A stretch of DNA of 64,000 nucleotides from the NCBI RefSeq assembly GCF_013315695.1, contig NZ_CP054353.1, one strand, 5' to 3'. Both the position numbers and the translations under genes were made by a program. The stretch comes from Escherichia coli (GTDB lineage Bacteria; Pseudomonadota; Gammaproteobacteria; Enterobacterales; Enterobacteriaceae). The notes under the pieces were generated by a model. The model was not told the DNA's origin, searched no databases, and saw only the letters and a list, made by a program, of their open reading frames with translations. Positions within the stretch are counted from its first letter, which is position 1, and each line of letters opens with the position of its first letter. Below are positions 10,653 to 22,292 of this stretch, in pieces.

Positions 10653-11282
10653 ATGAAAATTCTCCATATCGACAGCAGTCCAATGCTTAAGCATTCAAGT
10701 TCGCGGAAATTAAGCCAGGCGCTGGTAGAAGCGCTTTGCCAACGTTTCGCGCAAGCCACAATTATTCATCGCGACGTTGGCCTGACGCCCCCACCCCATT
10801 TGCGTGAAGAAACCTTTCTGGCGCTTTGCGGTAAAGCGGAATGCGAGAACGCACAAATTCAGCAGGAGGTGAATGATATCCACGCTGCTATTGATGAACT
10901 GGCATCGTGCGATGTGCTCATTATTGGCGCGCCGATGATTAATCACAGCGTTTCATCTGGCCTCAAAACCTGGATAGATCAGGTCTGTCAGGCTGGTTTA
11001 ACGTTTCGTTTTACTTCCGCTGGTGCCGTTGGGTTACTGACGGATAAACCGACGTTTATTGTCTCGACGCGCGGCGGTATCTATTGCGATGAAGCACATC
11101 TGGCGCTGGATCATCAGGAAAGTTATCTGCAAGCCACACTGAAATTAATGGGCATTACCAATACACATATTTTGCGCGCGGAAGGCGTCGACAAAACCCA
11201 ACCGGGACGCGAACTCGCCGAGCAAAATGCATTAGCGCAAACCCCTGATCTTATTACACAAGTATTTAATCATTATCTTTAA
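10653..11282 (+). CDS. FMN-dependent NADH-azoreductase (AzoR / ACP phosphodiesterase family) homologue (209 aa)
   Basis: MKILHIDSSP...RDVGL...VLIIGAPMINHSVSSGLKTWIDQVCQAGLTFRFT...IVSTRGG pattern parallels AzoR. Confidence 0.8.
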   Translation: MKILHIDSSPMLKHSSSRKLSQALVEALCQRFAQATIIHRDVGLTPPPHLREETFLALCGKAECENAQIQQEVNDIHAAIDELASCDVLIIGAPMINHSVSSGLKTWIDQVCQAGLTFRFTSAGAVGLLTDKPTFIVSTRGGIYCDEAHLALDHQESYLQATLKLMGITNTHILRAEGVDKTQPGRELAEQNALAQTPDLITQVFNHYL

Positions 11283-11298
11283 TATAAAAGGAGTTATT

Positions 11299-11559
11299 AT
11301 GTCTATTAAGCAAAATTTATTTGCCGCATTATTTCTTTGCACTCTCACAGGACACGCATTTGCCGCAACCGAGATACACAAACCGGACAATAATCTTGAA
11401 CAGTTATCAAAAGTGAGCATGTCCACACACAATAGCAATCCAGCGGGCGTTGAAAGCCAAATCAAAGAGAAAGCGGAAGAGTTACAAGCCAGCAATTACT
11501 ACATCAGTTCTTTCTCCGGTAAAAATTATATCCACGCCACTGTAATTTTCTATAAATAG
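11299..11559 (+). CDS. Small secreted DUF1471 (YhcN/BhsA-like) family protein (86 aa)
   Basis: Signal peptide MSIKQNLFAALFLCTLTGHAFA and C-terminal ...NYIHATVIFYK typical of BhsA/YjfY-type stress proteins; RBS aaggag upstream. Confidence 0.7.
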   Translation: MSIKQNLFAALFLCTLTGHAFAATEIHKPDNNLEQLSKVSMSTHNSNPAGVESQIKEKAEELQASNYYISSFSGKNYIHATVIFYK

Positions 11560-11620
11560 CCCCTCTGTTTAACGGAAGCATGGAATTATTCCATGCTCCT
11601 CTGCCAAAATGAAATAAAAA

Positions 11621-12946
11621 ATGAAAAAAGCTAATCTTACAGGTACGTTGGTTTGCTTTGTCGCATGCCTTATTTTTTTGTCGTCCGGTGATATTTTTCG
11701 TGAAAAGCCAATCGCGCTAATATGGTTCCTTCGACAAAACATACTCTTTTTTACGGGAACTCTTGCGTGGTGTCTGATGACGCTGACGATGTGTTTATCG
11801 TTGCGTTCATCATGGCTTAACAAAGTGCTGGGCGGTCTGGATAAAGCATGGCGATTACATAAGTGGGCAGGAATATGCGCCATAGCGTTTGCTTTCGCCC
11901 ACTGGCTGGATGAAAAATTACCCCAGTTATTCGTCGCCTTTGGCTGGCTTACTCACCCTGGTAAAATCGTTGATATTAACCTGACGCCAGTACAAGAAAA
12001 TTGGCTTCATGCGGGACTGTTAGCGGGTGAATGCGCAATGTTTATTATTATAGCGATGGTTTGCGTATCTCTTAGCAAAAGAGTTCCCTATCATTTATTT
12101 CATCTTGTTCACCGTTTGTTCCCCGTCTTTTATCTGGCAATTGCCTTTCATGTGTTTACTGCTTTGTTTAAATCATACTGGTGGGAAACTCCTGCTGCGT
12201 ATTTATTAATTTTAATTACTATTCCGGGCGTCTTTGCGGCTTTCATTTCGCTGCTGAAATTAAACGGTAGTAAAAACAAGCATCAGGCTACCATTAAAAA
12301 CATTGTTAACCATCCAGGACAAATTACCGAAGTCACCCTGGAGCTGGAACATGCCATCGACTATTCTCCGGGGCAGTTTGCATTCTTAACGTTCGCACAC
12401 AGTAAAGAATCTCACCCTTTTACTATCGCTTCATACACCAAAGAGAAGAACACGTTGCGCTTTGCCATCAAAAATTTAGGGGATTATACCTCTACCCTTG
12501 CATCCTCGATAAAAATCGGCCAGTCCGCCTTCGTTGAAGGGCCATGGGGAAAGTTTGATTTTACTCTCCCTTGCTCCCACCAGGTCTGGATAGCAGGAGG
12601 CATCGGCATTACCCCCTTTATCGCCCAGCTTGAGTATCGTAAACATCATGGCGCGTCCTCTGTTCCTGTGGATCTCTGGTATTGCGTCAGCCGAAGCGAG
12701 GATGCCTGGTATGTTGATAAACTGACCTCACTTTGTGCCCAGGCCAGGGTCACACTGCATCTGCTTGATGCGCATAAAGGTGAGCGCCTACAGGCGCACT
12801 ATCTTACTGATAAAATAGCAAATAAAGGTGACACCCATTTCTGGTTTTGCGGCCCACAGAGTTTTGCCAAAGCGCTCAGCAAAGGGTTATATGAAAATGG
12901 GATTGCCAGCCAAAACTTCCATTACGACCGTTTTTGTATGCGTTAA
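11621..12946 (+). CDS. Ferric-reductase-domain membrane flavocytochrome (NOX/FRE-like; TM domain plus FAD- and NAD-binding domains), 441 aa
   Basis: His-containing TM helices ([26 protein letters not shown]), HPFTIAS FAD motif and GGIGITP NAD(P) motif. Confidence 0.8.
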
Positions 12947-13016
12947 ATGCTCTGTACCCAACGCAAAATTGTGTCATAGTGCAGGAAAAAGCATTTACCA
13001 GGAGCAGACAACAGCA

Positions 13017-13910
13017 ATGAAACGCCCGGACTACAGAACATTACAGGCACTGGATGCGGTGATACGTGAACGAGGATTTGAACGCGCGGCACAAAAGCTG
13101 TGCATTACACAATCAGCCGTCTCACAGCGCATTAAGCAACTGGAAAATATGTTCGGGCAGCCGCTGTTGGTGCGTACCGTACCGCCGCGCCCGACAGAAC
13201 AAGGGCAAAAACTGCTGGCACTGCTACGCCAGGTGGAGTTGCTGGAAGAAGAGTGGCTGGGCGATGAACAAACCGGTTCGACTCCGCTGCTGCTTTCACT
13301 GGCGGTCAACGCCGACAGTCTGGCGACGTGGTTGCTTCCGGCGCTGGCTCCTGTGTTAGCTGATTCGCCTATCCGCCTCAACTTGCAGGTAGAAGATGAA
13401 ACCCGCACTCAGGAACGTCTGCGCCGCGGCGAAGTGGTCGGCGCGGTGAGTATTCAACATCAGGCGCTGCCGAGTTGCCTTGTCGATAAGCTCGGTGCGC
13501 TTGACTATCTGTTCGTCAGCTCAAAACCGTTTGCCGAAAAATATTTCCCTAACGGCGTAACGCGTTCGGCATTATTGAAAGCACCTGTGGTCGCCTTTGA
13601 CCATCTTGACGATATGCACCAGGCCTTTTTGCAGCAAAACTTCGATCTGCCCCCAGGCAGCGTACCGTGCCATATCGTTAATTCTTCAGAAGCGTTCGTA
13701 CAACTTGCTCGCCAGGGCACCACCTGCTGTATGATCCCGCACCTACAAATCGAGAAAGAACTGGCCAGCGGTGAACTGATTGACTTAACGCCGGGGCTAT
13801 TTCAACGCCGGATGCTCTACTGGCACCGCTTTGCTCCTGAAAGCCGCATGATGCGTAAAGTCACTGATGCGTTGCTCGATTATGGTCACAAAGTCCTTCG
13901 TCAGGATTAA
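13017..13910 (+). CDS. argP: LysR-family regulator ArgP (IciA), 297 aa
   Basis: Internal start [43 protein letters not shown]... Confidence 0.95.
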
Positions 13911-14113
13911 TCCATCAAATAATGCCTGATAGCACATATCAGGCGTTATCCTCACTTCTTTTTGTATTCCTTGAATCACATCACAAAATAGACAAATCTC
14001 AGGCGGCAAAAAACGACGTCTGAATGCATTTTTTTTGCTGGCGACAAACCCACGTAAAAAGCTCACCGTAAGCGCAAATACCCTCATTTTGATTGCGTTT
14101 TACGGAGCAAATA

Positions 14114-16258
14114 ATGTCTAACGTGCAGGAGTGGCAACAGCTTGCCAACAAGGAATTGAGCCGTCGGGAGAAAACTGTCGACTCGCTGGTTCAGCAAACC
14201 GCGGAAGGGATCGCCATCAAGCCGCTGTATACCGAAGCCGATCTCGATAATCTGGAGGTGACAGGTACCCTTCCTGGTTTGCCCCCCTACGTTCGTGGCC
14301 CGCGTGCCACTATGTATACCGCCCAACCGTGGACCATCCGTCAGTATGCTGGTTTTTCAACAGCAAAAGAGTCCAACGCTTTTTATCGCCGTAACCTAGC
14401 CGCCGGGCAAAAAGGTCTTTCCGTTGCGTTTGACCTTGCCACCCACCGAGGCTACGACTCCGATAACCCGCGCGTGGCGGGCGACGTCGGCAAAGCGGGC
14501 GTTGCTATCGACACCGTGGAAGATATGAAAGTCCTGTTCGACCAGATCCCGCTGGATAAAATGTCGGTTTCGATGACCATGAATGGCGCAGTACTACCAG
14601 TACTGGCGTTTTATATTGTCGCCGCAGAAGAGCAAGGTGTTACACCCGATAAACTGACCGGCACCATTCAAAACGATATCCTCAAAGAGTATCTTTGCCG
14701 CAACACCTATATTTACCCGCCAAAACCGTCAATGCGTATTATCGCAGACATCATCGCCTGGTGTTCCGGCAACATGCCGCGATTTAATACCATCAGTATC
14801 AGCGGTTACCATATGGGTGAAGCGGGTGCCAACTGCGTGCAGCAGGTAGCATTTACGCTCGCTGATGGGATTGAGTACATCAAAGCAGCAATCTCCGCCG
14901 GGCTGAAAATTGATGACTTCGCTCCTCGCCTGTCGTTCTTCTTCGGCATTGGCATGGATCTGTTTATGAACGTCGCCATGTTGCGTGCGGCACGTTATTT
15001 ATGGAGCGAAGCGGTCAGTGGATTTGGCGCACAGGATCCGAAATCACTGGCGCTGCGTACCCACTGCCAGACCTCAGGCTGGAGCCTGACTGAACAGGAT
15101 CCGTATAACAACGTTATCCGCACCACCATTGAAGCACTGGCTGCAACGCTGGGCGGTACTCAGTCACTGCATACCAACGCCTTTGATGAAGCGCTTGGTT
15201 TGCCTACCGATTTCTCAGCCCGCATTGCCCGCAATACCCAGATCATCATTCAGGAAGAATCAGAACTCTGCCGCACCGTCGATCCACTGGCCGGATCCTA
15301 TTACGTTGAATCGCTGACCGATCAAATCGTCAAACAAGCCAGAGCCATTATCCAACAGATCGACGAAGCCGGTGGCATGGCGAAAGCGATCGAAGCAGGT
15401 CTGCCAAAACGAATGATCGAAGAGGCCTCTGCGCGCGAACAGTCGCTGATCGACCAGGGCAAGCGTGTCATCGTTGGTGTCAACAAGTACAAACTGGATC
15501 ACGAAGACGAAACCGATGTACTTGAGATCGACAACGTGATGGTGCGTAACGAGCAGATTGCTTCACTGGAACGCATTCGCGCCACCCGTGATGATGCTGC
15601 CGTAACCGCCACGTTGAACGCCCTGACTCACGCCGCACAGCATAACGAAAACCTGCTGGCTGCCGCTGTTAATGCCGCTCGCGTTCGCGCAACGCTTGGT
15701 GAAATTTCCGATGCGCTGGAAGCGGCATTTGACCGTTATCTGGTGCCAAGCCAGTGTGTTACCGGCGTGATTGCGCAAAGCTATCATCAGTCTGAGAAAT
15801 CGGCCTCCGAGTTCGATGCCATTGTTGCGCAAACGGAGCTGTTCCTTGCCGACAATGGTCGTCGCCCGCGCATTCTGATCGCTAAAATGGGCCAGGATGG
15901 GCACGATCGCGGCGCGAAAGTGATCGCCAGCGCTTATTCCGATCTCGGTTTCGACGTAGATTTAAGCCCGATGTTCTCTACACCTGAAGAGATCGCCCGC
16001 CTGGCAGTAGAAAACGACGTTCACGTAGTGGGCGCATCTTCACTGGCTGCCGGTCATAAAACGCTGATCCCGGAACTGGTCGAAGCGCTGAAAAAATGGG
16101 GACGCGAAGATATCTGCGTGGTCGCGGGTGGCGTCATTCCGCCGCAGGATTACGCCTTCCTGCAGGAGCGCGGCGTGGCGGCGATTTATGGTCCAGGTAC
16201 GCCTATGCTCGACAGCGTGCGCGACGTACTGAATCTGATAAGCCAGCATCATGATTAA
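14114..16258 (+). CDS. scpA: Methylmalonyl-CoA mutase (714 aa)
   Basis: Start [21 protein letters not shown]...; B12-dependent mutase; first gene of sbm-argK-ygfG-ygfH cluster. Confidence 0.95.
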   Translation: MSNVQEWQQLANKELSRREKTVDSLVQQTAEGIAIKPLYTEADLDNLEVTGTLPGLPPYVRGPRATMYTAQPWTIRQYAGFSTAKESNAFYRRNLAAGQKGLSVAFDLATHRGYDSDNPRVAGDVGKAGVAIDTVEDMKVLFDQIPLDKMSVSMTMNGAVLPVLAFYIVAAEEQGVTPDKLTGTIQNDILKEYLCRNTYIYPPKPSMRIIADIIAWCSGNMPRFNTISISGYHMGEAGANCVQQVAFTLADGIEYIKAAISAGLKIDDFAPRLSFFFGIGMDLFMNVAMLRAARYLWSEAVSGFGAQDPKSLALRTHCQTSGWSLTEQDPYNNVIRTTIEALAATLGGTQSLHTNAFDEALGLPTDFSARIARNTQIIIQEESELCRTVDPLAGSYYVESLTDQIVKQARAIIQQIDEAGGMAKAIEAGLPKRMIEEASAREQSLIDQGKRVIVGVNKYKLDHEDETDVLEIDNVMVRNEQIASLERIRATRDDAAVTATLNALTHAAQHNENLLAAAVNAARVRATLGEISDALEAAFDRYLVPSQCVTGVIAQSYHQSEKSASEFDAIVAQTELFLADNGRRPRILIAKMGQDGHDRGAKVIASAYSDLGFDVDLSPMFSTPEEIARLAVENDVHVVGASSLAAGHKTLIPELVEALKKWGREDICVVAGGVIPPQDYAFLQERGVAAIYGPGTPMLDSVRDVLNLISQHHD

Positions 16259-17246
16259 TGAAGCCACGCTGGCAGAAAGTATTCGCCGCTTACGTCAGGG
16301 TGAGCGTGCCACGCTCGCCCAAGCCATGACGCTGGTGGAAAGCCGTCACCCGCGTCATCAGGCGCTAAGTACGCAACTGCTTGATGCCATTATGCCGTTC
16401 TGTGGTAACGCCCTGCGACTGGGTGTTACCGGCACACCCGGCGCGGGGAAAAGTACCTTTCTTGAAGCCTTTGGCATGTTGTTGATTCGTGAGGGACTAA
16501 AGGTTGCGGTTATTGCGGTCGATCCCAGCAGCCCGGTCACTGGCGGTAGCATTCTCGGAGATAAAACCCGCATGAATGATCTGGCGCGTGCCGAGGCGGC
16601 GTTTATTCGCCCGGTACCCTCCTCCGGCCATCTGGGCGGTGCCAGTCAGCGAGCGCGGGAATTAATGCTGTTATGCGAAGCGGCGGGTTATGACGTAGTG
16701 ATTGTCGAAACGGTTGGCGTCGGGCAGTCAGAAACGGAAGTCGCCCGCATGGTGGACTGTTTTATCTCGTTGCAAATTGCCGGTGGCGGCGATGATCTGC
16801 AGGGCATTAAAAAGGGGCTAATGGAAGTGGCAGATCTGATCGTTATCAACAAAGACGATGGCGATAACCATACCAATGTCGCCATTGCCCGGCATATGTA
16901 CGAGAGTGCCCTGCATATTCTGCGACGTAAATACGACGAATGGCAGCCACGGGTTCTGACTTGTAGCGCACTGGAAAAACGTGGAATCGATGAGATCTGG
17001 CACGCCATCATCGACTTCAAAACCGCGCTAACTGCCAGTGGTCGATTACAACAAGTGCGGCAACAACAATCGGTGGAATGGCTGCGTAAACAAACCGAAG
17101 AAGAAGTACTGAATCACCTGTTCGCGAATGAAGATTTCGATCGCTATTACCGCCAGACGCTTTTAGCGGTCAAAAACAATACGCTCTCACCGCGCACCGG
17201 CCTGCGACAGCTCAGTGAATTTATCCAGACGCAATATTTTGATTAA
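16251..17246 (+). CDS. argK: MeaB-like GTPase (331 aa)
   Basis: P-loop GTPGAGKST; product [33 protein letters not shown]... Confidence 0.95.
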   Translation: MINEATLAESIRRLRQGERATLAQAMTLVESRHPRHQALSTQLLDAIMPFCGNALRLGVTGTPGAGKSTFLEAFGMLLIREGLKVAVIAVDPSSPVTGGSILGDKTRMNDLARAEAAFIRPVPSSGHLGGASQRARELMLLCEAAGYDVVIVETVGVGQSETEVARMVDCFISLQIAGGGDDLQGIKKGLMEVADLIVINKDDGDNHTNVAIARHMYESALHILRRKYDEWQPRVLTCSALEKRGIDEIWHAIIDFKTALTASGRLQQVRQQQSVEWLRKQTEEEVLNHLFANEDFDRYYRQTLLAVKNNTLSPRTGLRQLSEFIQTQYFD

Positions 17247-17256
17247 AGGAATTTTT

Positions 17257-18042
17257 ATGTCTTATCAGTATGTGAACGTTGTCACTATCAACAAAGTGGC
17301 GGTCATTGAGTTTAACTATGGCCGAAAACTTAATGCCTTAAGTAAAGTCTTTATTGATGATCTTATGCAGGCATTAAGCGATCTCAACCGGCCGGAAATT
17401 CGCTGTATCATTTTGCGCGCGCCGAGTGGATCCAAAGTCTTCTCCGCAGGTCACGATATTCACGAACTGCCGTCTGGCGGTCGCGATCCGCTCTCCTATG
17501 ATGATCCGTTGCGTCAAATCACCCGCATGATCCAAAAATTCCCGAAACCGATCATTTCGATGGTGGAAGGTAGTGTTTGGGGTGGCGCATTTGAAATGAT
17601 CATGAGTTCCGATCTGATTATCGCCGCCAGTACCTCAACCTTCTCAATGACACCTGTAAACCTCGGTGTCCCGTATAACCTGGTCGGCATTCACAATCTG
17701 ACCCGCGACGCGGGCTTCCACATTGTCAAAGAGCTGATTTTTACCGCTTCGCCAATCACCGCCCAGCGCGCGCTGGCTGTCGGCATCCTCAACCATGTTG
17801 TGGAAGTGGAAGAACTGGAAGATTTCACCTTACAAATGGCGCACCACATCTCTGAGAAAGCGCCGTTAGCCATTGCCGTTATCAAAGAAGAGCTGCGTGT
17901 ACTGGGCGAAGCGCACACCATGAACTCCGATGAATTTGAACGTATTCAGGGGATGCGCCGCGCGGTTTATGACAGCGAAGACTACCAGGAAGGGATGAAC
18001 GCTTTCCTCGAAAAACGTAAACCTAATTTCGTTGGTCATTAA
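17257..18042 (+). CDS. scpB: Methylmalonyl-CoA decarboxylase (crotonase family), 261 aa
   Basis: Start MSYQYVNVVTINKVAVIEFNYGRKLNALSK... Confidence 0.95.
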   Translation: MSYQYVNVVTINKVAVIEFNYGRKLNALSKVFIDDLMQALSDLNRPEIRCIILRAPSGSKVFSAGHDIHELPSGGRDPLSYDDPLRQITRMIQKFPKPIISMVEGSVWGGAFEMIMSSDLIIAASTSTFSMTPVNLGVPYNLVGIHNLTRDAGFHIVKELIFTASPITAQRALAVGILNHVVEVEELEDFTLQMAHHISEKAPLAIAVIKEELRVLGEAHTMNSDEFERIQGMRRAVYDSEDYQEGMNAFLEKRKPNFVGH

Positions 18043-18065
18043 TCCCTGCGAACGAAGGAGTTAAA

Positions 18066-19544
18066 ATGGAAACTCAGTGGACAAGGATGACCGCCGATGA
18101 AGCGGCAGAAATTATCCAGCATAACGACATGGTGGCATTTAGCGGCTTTACCCCAGCGGGTTCGCCGAAAGCCTTACCCACCGCGATTGCCCGCAGAGCT
18201 AACGAACAGCATGAGGCCAAAAAGCCGTATCAAATTCGCCTGCTGACGGGGGCGTCAATCAGCGCCGCCGCTGACGATGTACTTTCTGACGCCGATGCTG
18301 TTTCCTGGCGTGCGCCATATCAAACATCGTCCGGTTTACGTAAAAAGATCAATCAGGGCGCGGTGAGTTTCGTTGACCTGCATTTGAGCGAAGTGGCGCA
18401 AATGGTCAATTACGGTTTCTTCGGCGACATTGATGTTGCCGTCATTGAAGCATCGGCACTGGCACCGGATGGTCGAGTCTGGTTAACCAGCGGGATCGGT
18501 AATGCGCCGACCTGGCTGCTGCGAGCGAAGAAAGTGATCATTGAACTTAATCACTATCACGATCCGCGCGTTGCAGAACTGGCAGATATTGTGATTCCTG
18601 GCGCGCCACCGCGGCGCAATAGCGTGTCGATCTTCCATGCAATGGATCGCGTCGGTACCCGCTATGTGCAAATCGATCCGAAAAAGATTGTCGCCGTCGT
18701 GGAAACCAACTTGCCTGACGCCGGTAATATGCTGGATAAGCAAAATCCCATGTGCCAGCAGATTGCCGATAACGTGGTCACGTTCTTGTTGCAGGAAATG
18801 GCGCATGGGCGTATTCCGCCGGAATTTCTGCCGCTGCAAAGTGGCGTGGGCAATATCAATAATGCAGTCATGGCGCGACTAGGGGAAAACCCGGAAATTC
18901 CTCCGTTCATGATGTATTCGGAAGTGCTACAGGAATCGGTGGTGCATTTACTGGAAACGGGCAAAATCAGCGGGGCCAGCGCCTCCAGCCTGACTATCTC
19001 GGCCGATTCCCTGCGCAAGATTTACGACAATATGGATTACTTTGCCAGCCGCATTGTGTTGCGTCCGCAGGAAATTTCCAATAACCCGGAAATCATCCGT
19101 CGTCTGGGCGTCATCGCTCTGAACGTCGGCCTGGAGTTTGATATTTACGGGCATGCCAACTCAACGCACGTAGCCGGGGTCGATCTGATGAACGGCATCG
19201 GTGGCAGCGGTGATTTTGAACGCAACGCGTATTTGTCGATCTTTATGGCCCCGTCGATTGCTAAAGAAGGCAAGATCTCAACCGTCGTGCCAATGTGCAG
19301 CCATGTTGATCACAGCGAACACAGCGTCAAAGTGATCATCACCGAACAAGGGATCGCCGATCTGCGTGGTCTTTCCCCGCTTCAACGCGCCCGCACCATC
19401 ATTGATAATTGTGCACATCCTATGTATCGGGATTATCTGCATCGCTATCTGGAAAATGCGCCCGGCGGACATATTCACCACGATCTTAGCCACGTCTTTG
19501 ATTTACACCGTAATTTAATTGCAACCGGCTCGATGCTGGGTTAA
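18066..19544 (+). CDS. scpC: Propionyl-CoA:succinate CoA transferase (492 aa)
   Basis: ORF product METQWTRMTADEAAEIIQHNDMVAFSGFTPAGSPKALP... Confidence 0.95.
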   Translation: METQWTRMTADEAAEIIQHNDMVAFSGFTPAGSPKALPTAIARRANEQHEAKKPYQIRLLTGASISAAADDVLSDADAVSWRAPYQTSSGLRKKINQGAVSFVDLHLSEVAQMVNYGFFGDIDVAVIEASALAPDGRVWLTSGIGNAPTWLLRAKKVIIELNHYHDPRVAELADIVIPGAPPRRNSVSIFHAMDRVGTRYVQIDPKKIVAVVETNLPDAGNMLDKQNPMCQQIADNVVTFLLQEMAHGRIPPEFLPLQSGVGNINNAVMARLGENPEIPPFMMYSEVLQESVVHLLETGKISGASASSLTISADSLRKIYDNMDYFASRIVLRPQEISNNPEIIRRLGVIALNVGLEFDIYGHANSTHVAGVDLMNGIGGSGDFERNAYLSIFMAPSIAKEGKISTVVPMCSHVDHSEHSVKVIITEQGIADLRGLSPLQRARTIIDNCAHPMYRDYLHRYLENAPGGHIHHDLSHVFDLHRNLIATGSMLG

Positions 19545-20460
19545 TGACTCGTCCCGTCACGATCTTCAGCAATATGCTGAAGCATCGTGGCGGTATAACG
19601 ATGATTTCTGATTGAATAAAGATATTCCTGCATATACATCGGCCTGTGCGGCGCATCAAAATATTTCAGCGTTGCCGGATTCACCAGTCGCCAGGCAAAA
19701 TGCGGGATCACCGTCAGAAAATGTCCGCGCTCCACGGCGCTGATTTTGGCCATAAAACTGTAGGGACGATAAATAATGGTGGGATTGATCCCACAAGGAC
19801 GCATATTCGCATCAATCATTGCTTCGAAGTTAGCCCGGTTCTGAAAGCGCATTTGTAGCCAGGGTAGCTCCTGAAGCAGCTCTTGCTCTTGTCGCTCTTC
19901 ATAACGACGAGAAACGAGAAAGCCCAATCGCAGCGGCGGTAGTTCACTGATAGTCAGGTTTTCCAGTTCCTGAACTCGTGCAGACACATGCTGTGGGGAG
20001 ATTATAAAATCTAACTGACGGTCAAAAAGATTATCGATAACGCCGTTTTCGCTGAACTCAACTGGCTGGGCGGTCACGCCTTCATACTTATCTCCGAGAC
20101 TAATCAACTGATCGAAAATAATTGTCGGATAAGTATTATCTATGCCAATCACAATTTCTCGTGAACGACGCCCTGAGTTATGGATTTCATTATCAATCGC
20201 AGAAAGTCGTTGATAAACCGGGAACAGTTTTTGATACAGTTCCTGTCCGGCTTTATTGAGGCTGATATTATTATCTTTGCGGGTAAATAGCGTATAGCCA
20301 ATTTGTTCTTCCAGCGCGGCAATGCTTTTACCAAATGGCGAAGCCGTCATATACCAAATGGCGAAGCCGTCATATGGATTTTTTCTGCCGCCCGGGCAAT
20401 ATTATTGGTTTGCGCTAATAAAATGAAATTGCGCATCTTTTTCGAAATAAAAATGTCCAT
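19541..20460 (-). pseudogene. ygfI: LysR-family regulator ygfI, reading frame broken by a 23-bp tandem duplication
   Basis: N-terminal HTH frame MDIFISKKMRNFILLAQTNNIARAAEKIHMTASPFGI* terminates; downstream frame restarts MTASPFGKSIAALEEQ... (269-aa ORF 19541-20350). Confidence 0.75.
20331..20376. repeat. Direct tandem duplication of 23 bp (ccaaatggcgaagccgtcatat[a/g]) inside ygfI
   Basis: Two adjacent copies read directly at 20331-20353 and 20354-20376. Confidence 0.85.
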
Positions 20461-20627
20461 ACCCCCTCCCCCGCATCCTTGTCCGCTTAACCGTTTCAGT
20501 CAGCCTATCCTTGATGAAACCGCGAGCAAAGATAGGTGATTACGTCATGGTTTTACAGAAAATTACAGAAAAAGGAGGCAATATCGGGTAAAGGCATTAG
20601 CCCGACGAATACGTCGGGCTACAAATA

Positions 20628-21368
20628 TTATTGTGCTGCCGGTGTTTTAGCGGGTTGTTGATCCACAGGTTCTAACTGGAAGACCACATCGACCTGATCA
20701 TCAAACTGAATAGCGGCCTGCTCGTAAGTTTCCTGGGCGGACACCGGCGCGGCATCGGCTTTCATCATCCGCACCATTGGGCTGGGCTGATAGTTGGAAA
20801 CATGGTAGCGCACGCTATATACCGGCCCCAGTTTACGATGAAAGCCGTTCGCCAGTTCCTGCGCCTGATGAATCGCGTTATCAATCGCTGCCTTACGCGC
20901 TTTGTCTTTATAGGCATCCGGCTGCGCCACGCCCAGCGACACAGAACGAATTTCGTTAAGACCCGCCTTCAGCGCGCCATCCAGCAAGGAATTCAGTTTG
21001 TCTAACTGACGGAGCGTGACTTCCACCGTTCTCACAGCACGGTAGCCTTTCAGGATACTTTTACCATCCTGATAATCATAATCTGGCTGGGTGCGTAAGT
21101 TCGCTGAGCTGATATCTTTTTTCGCGATCTGATTGAGTTCAAGGAAGGAAATGTATTGTGCGACGCGCTCATCCGCCTGTTTCTTGGCAGTAGCGGCATC
21201 CTTCGCGGCCACGTTGACTTCAATCGCAAGAGTGGCAATGTCTGGCACCGCATCCACGCTTGCCGTACCGGAGGTGACAATATGCGGTCCATCCGGCAAT
21301 TCGTTAGCCTGCGCTGCCATCCCGCTAATACCCATTAATGCCGCCAGGGCGATAACTTTGAACTTCAC
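20628..21368 (-). CDS. yggE: Periplasmic DUF541/SIMPL-like protein YggE (246 aa)
   Basis: ORF product MKFKVIALAALMGISGMAAQANELPDGPHIVTSGTASVDAVPD... Confidence 0.93.
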   Translation of the reverse strand: MKFKVIALAALMGISGMAAQANELPDGPHIVTSGTASVDAVPDIATLAIEVNVAAKDAATAKKQADERVAQYISFLELNQIAKKDISSANLRTQPDYDYQDGKSILKGYRAVRTVEVTLRQLDKLNSLLDGALKAGLNEIRSVSLGVAQPDAYKDKARKAAIDNAIHQAQELANGFHRKLGPVYSVRYHVSNYQPSPMVRMMKADAAPVSAQETYEQAAIQFDDQVDVVFQLEPVDQQPAKTPAAQ

Positions 21369-21952
21369 GTTAGTCTCTCCGTGTTAATTGACTTGCCTAA
21401 AATTCAGGACCTCTGGAGGCAAGCTTAGCGCCTCTGTTTTATTTTTCCATCAGATAGCGCCTAACTGAACAAGGCTTGTGCATGAGCAATACCGTCTCTC
21501 GCCAGCTGCAAGGCAATAAACCACATAACACATCCCACTACCAGATTGATAATGCGTTGTGATTTTGCCGTGCGCAGGCGCGGTGCCAGCCAGGCTGCGA
21601 GAATAGCCAGACCAAAGAACCACAGGAAAGAGGCGCTAATTGTCCCGAGCGCAAACCAACGTTTTGGTTCCACATCAAGTTGCCCACCAAGGCTGCCCAG
21701 TACAACAAAAGTATCCAGGTAAACATGCGGATTCAGCCAGGTCACTGCCAGCATGGTGGCGATAATTTTCCATCTGCCTTGCTTCAGGACTTCGGCACTG
21801 GCTAACTCAATATTGCTGCTCATCGCTGTTTTAAAAGCGCCAAAACCATACCACAGCAAGAAGGCTACGCCGCCCCAGGTGACCAGCGCCAGCAACCACG
21901 GCGACTGCATCAATAACGCGCTGCCACCAAAAATCCCGGCGCAAATCAGGAC

Positions 21953-21961
21953 CAAATCGCT
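21953..21961. repeat. 9-bp target-site duplication (caaatcgct), left flank of IS1 copy 1
   Basis: Identical 9-mer at 22730-22738 immediately after the IS1 right end. Confidence 0.9.
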
Positions 21962-22016
21962 GGTGATGCTGCCAACTTACTGATTTAGTGTATGATGGTG
22001 TTTTTGAGGTGCTCCA

Positions 22017-22292
22017 GTGGCTTCTGTTTCTATCAGCTGTCCCTCCTGTTCAGCTACTGACGGGGTGGTGCGTAACGGCAAAAGCACCGCCGGACATCAG
22101 CGCTATCTCTGCTCTCACTGCCGTAAAACATGGCAACTGCAGTTCACTTACACCGCTTCTCAACCCGGTACGCACCAGAAAATCATTGATATGGCCATGA
22201 ATGGCGTTGGATGCCGGGCAACAGCCCGCATTATGGGCGTTGGCCTCAACACGATTTTACGTCACTTAAAAAACTCAGGCCGCAGTCGGTAA
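22017..22292 (+). CDS. insA: IS1 InsA (91 aa)
   Basis: GTG start; [43 protein letters not shown]... Confidence 0.95.
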
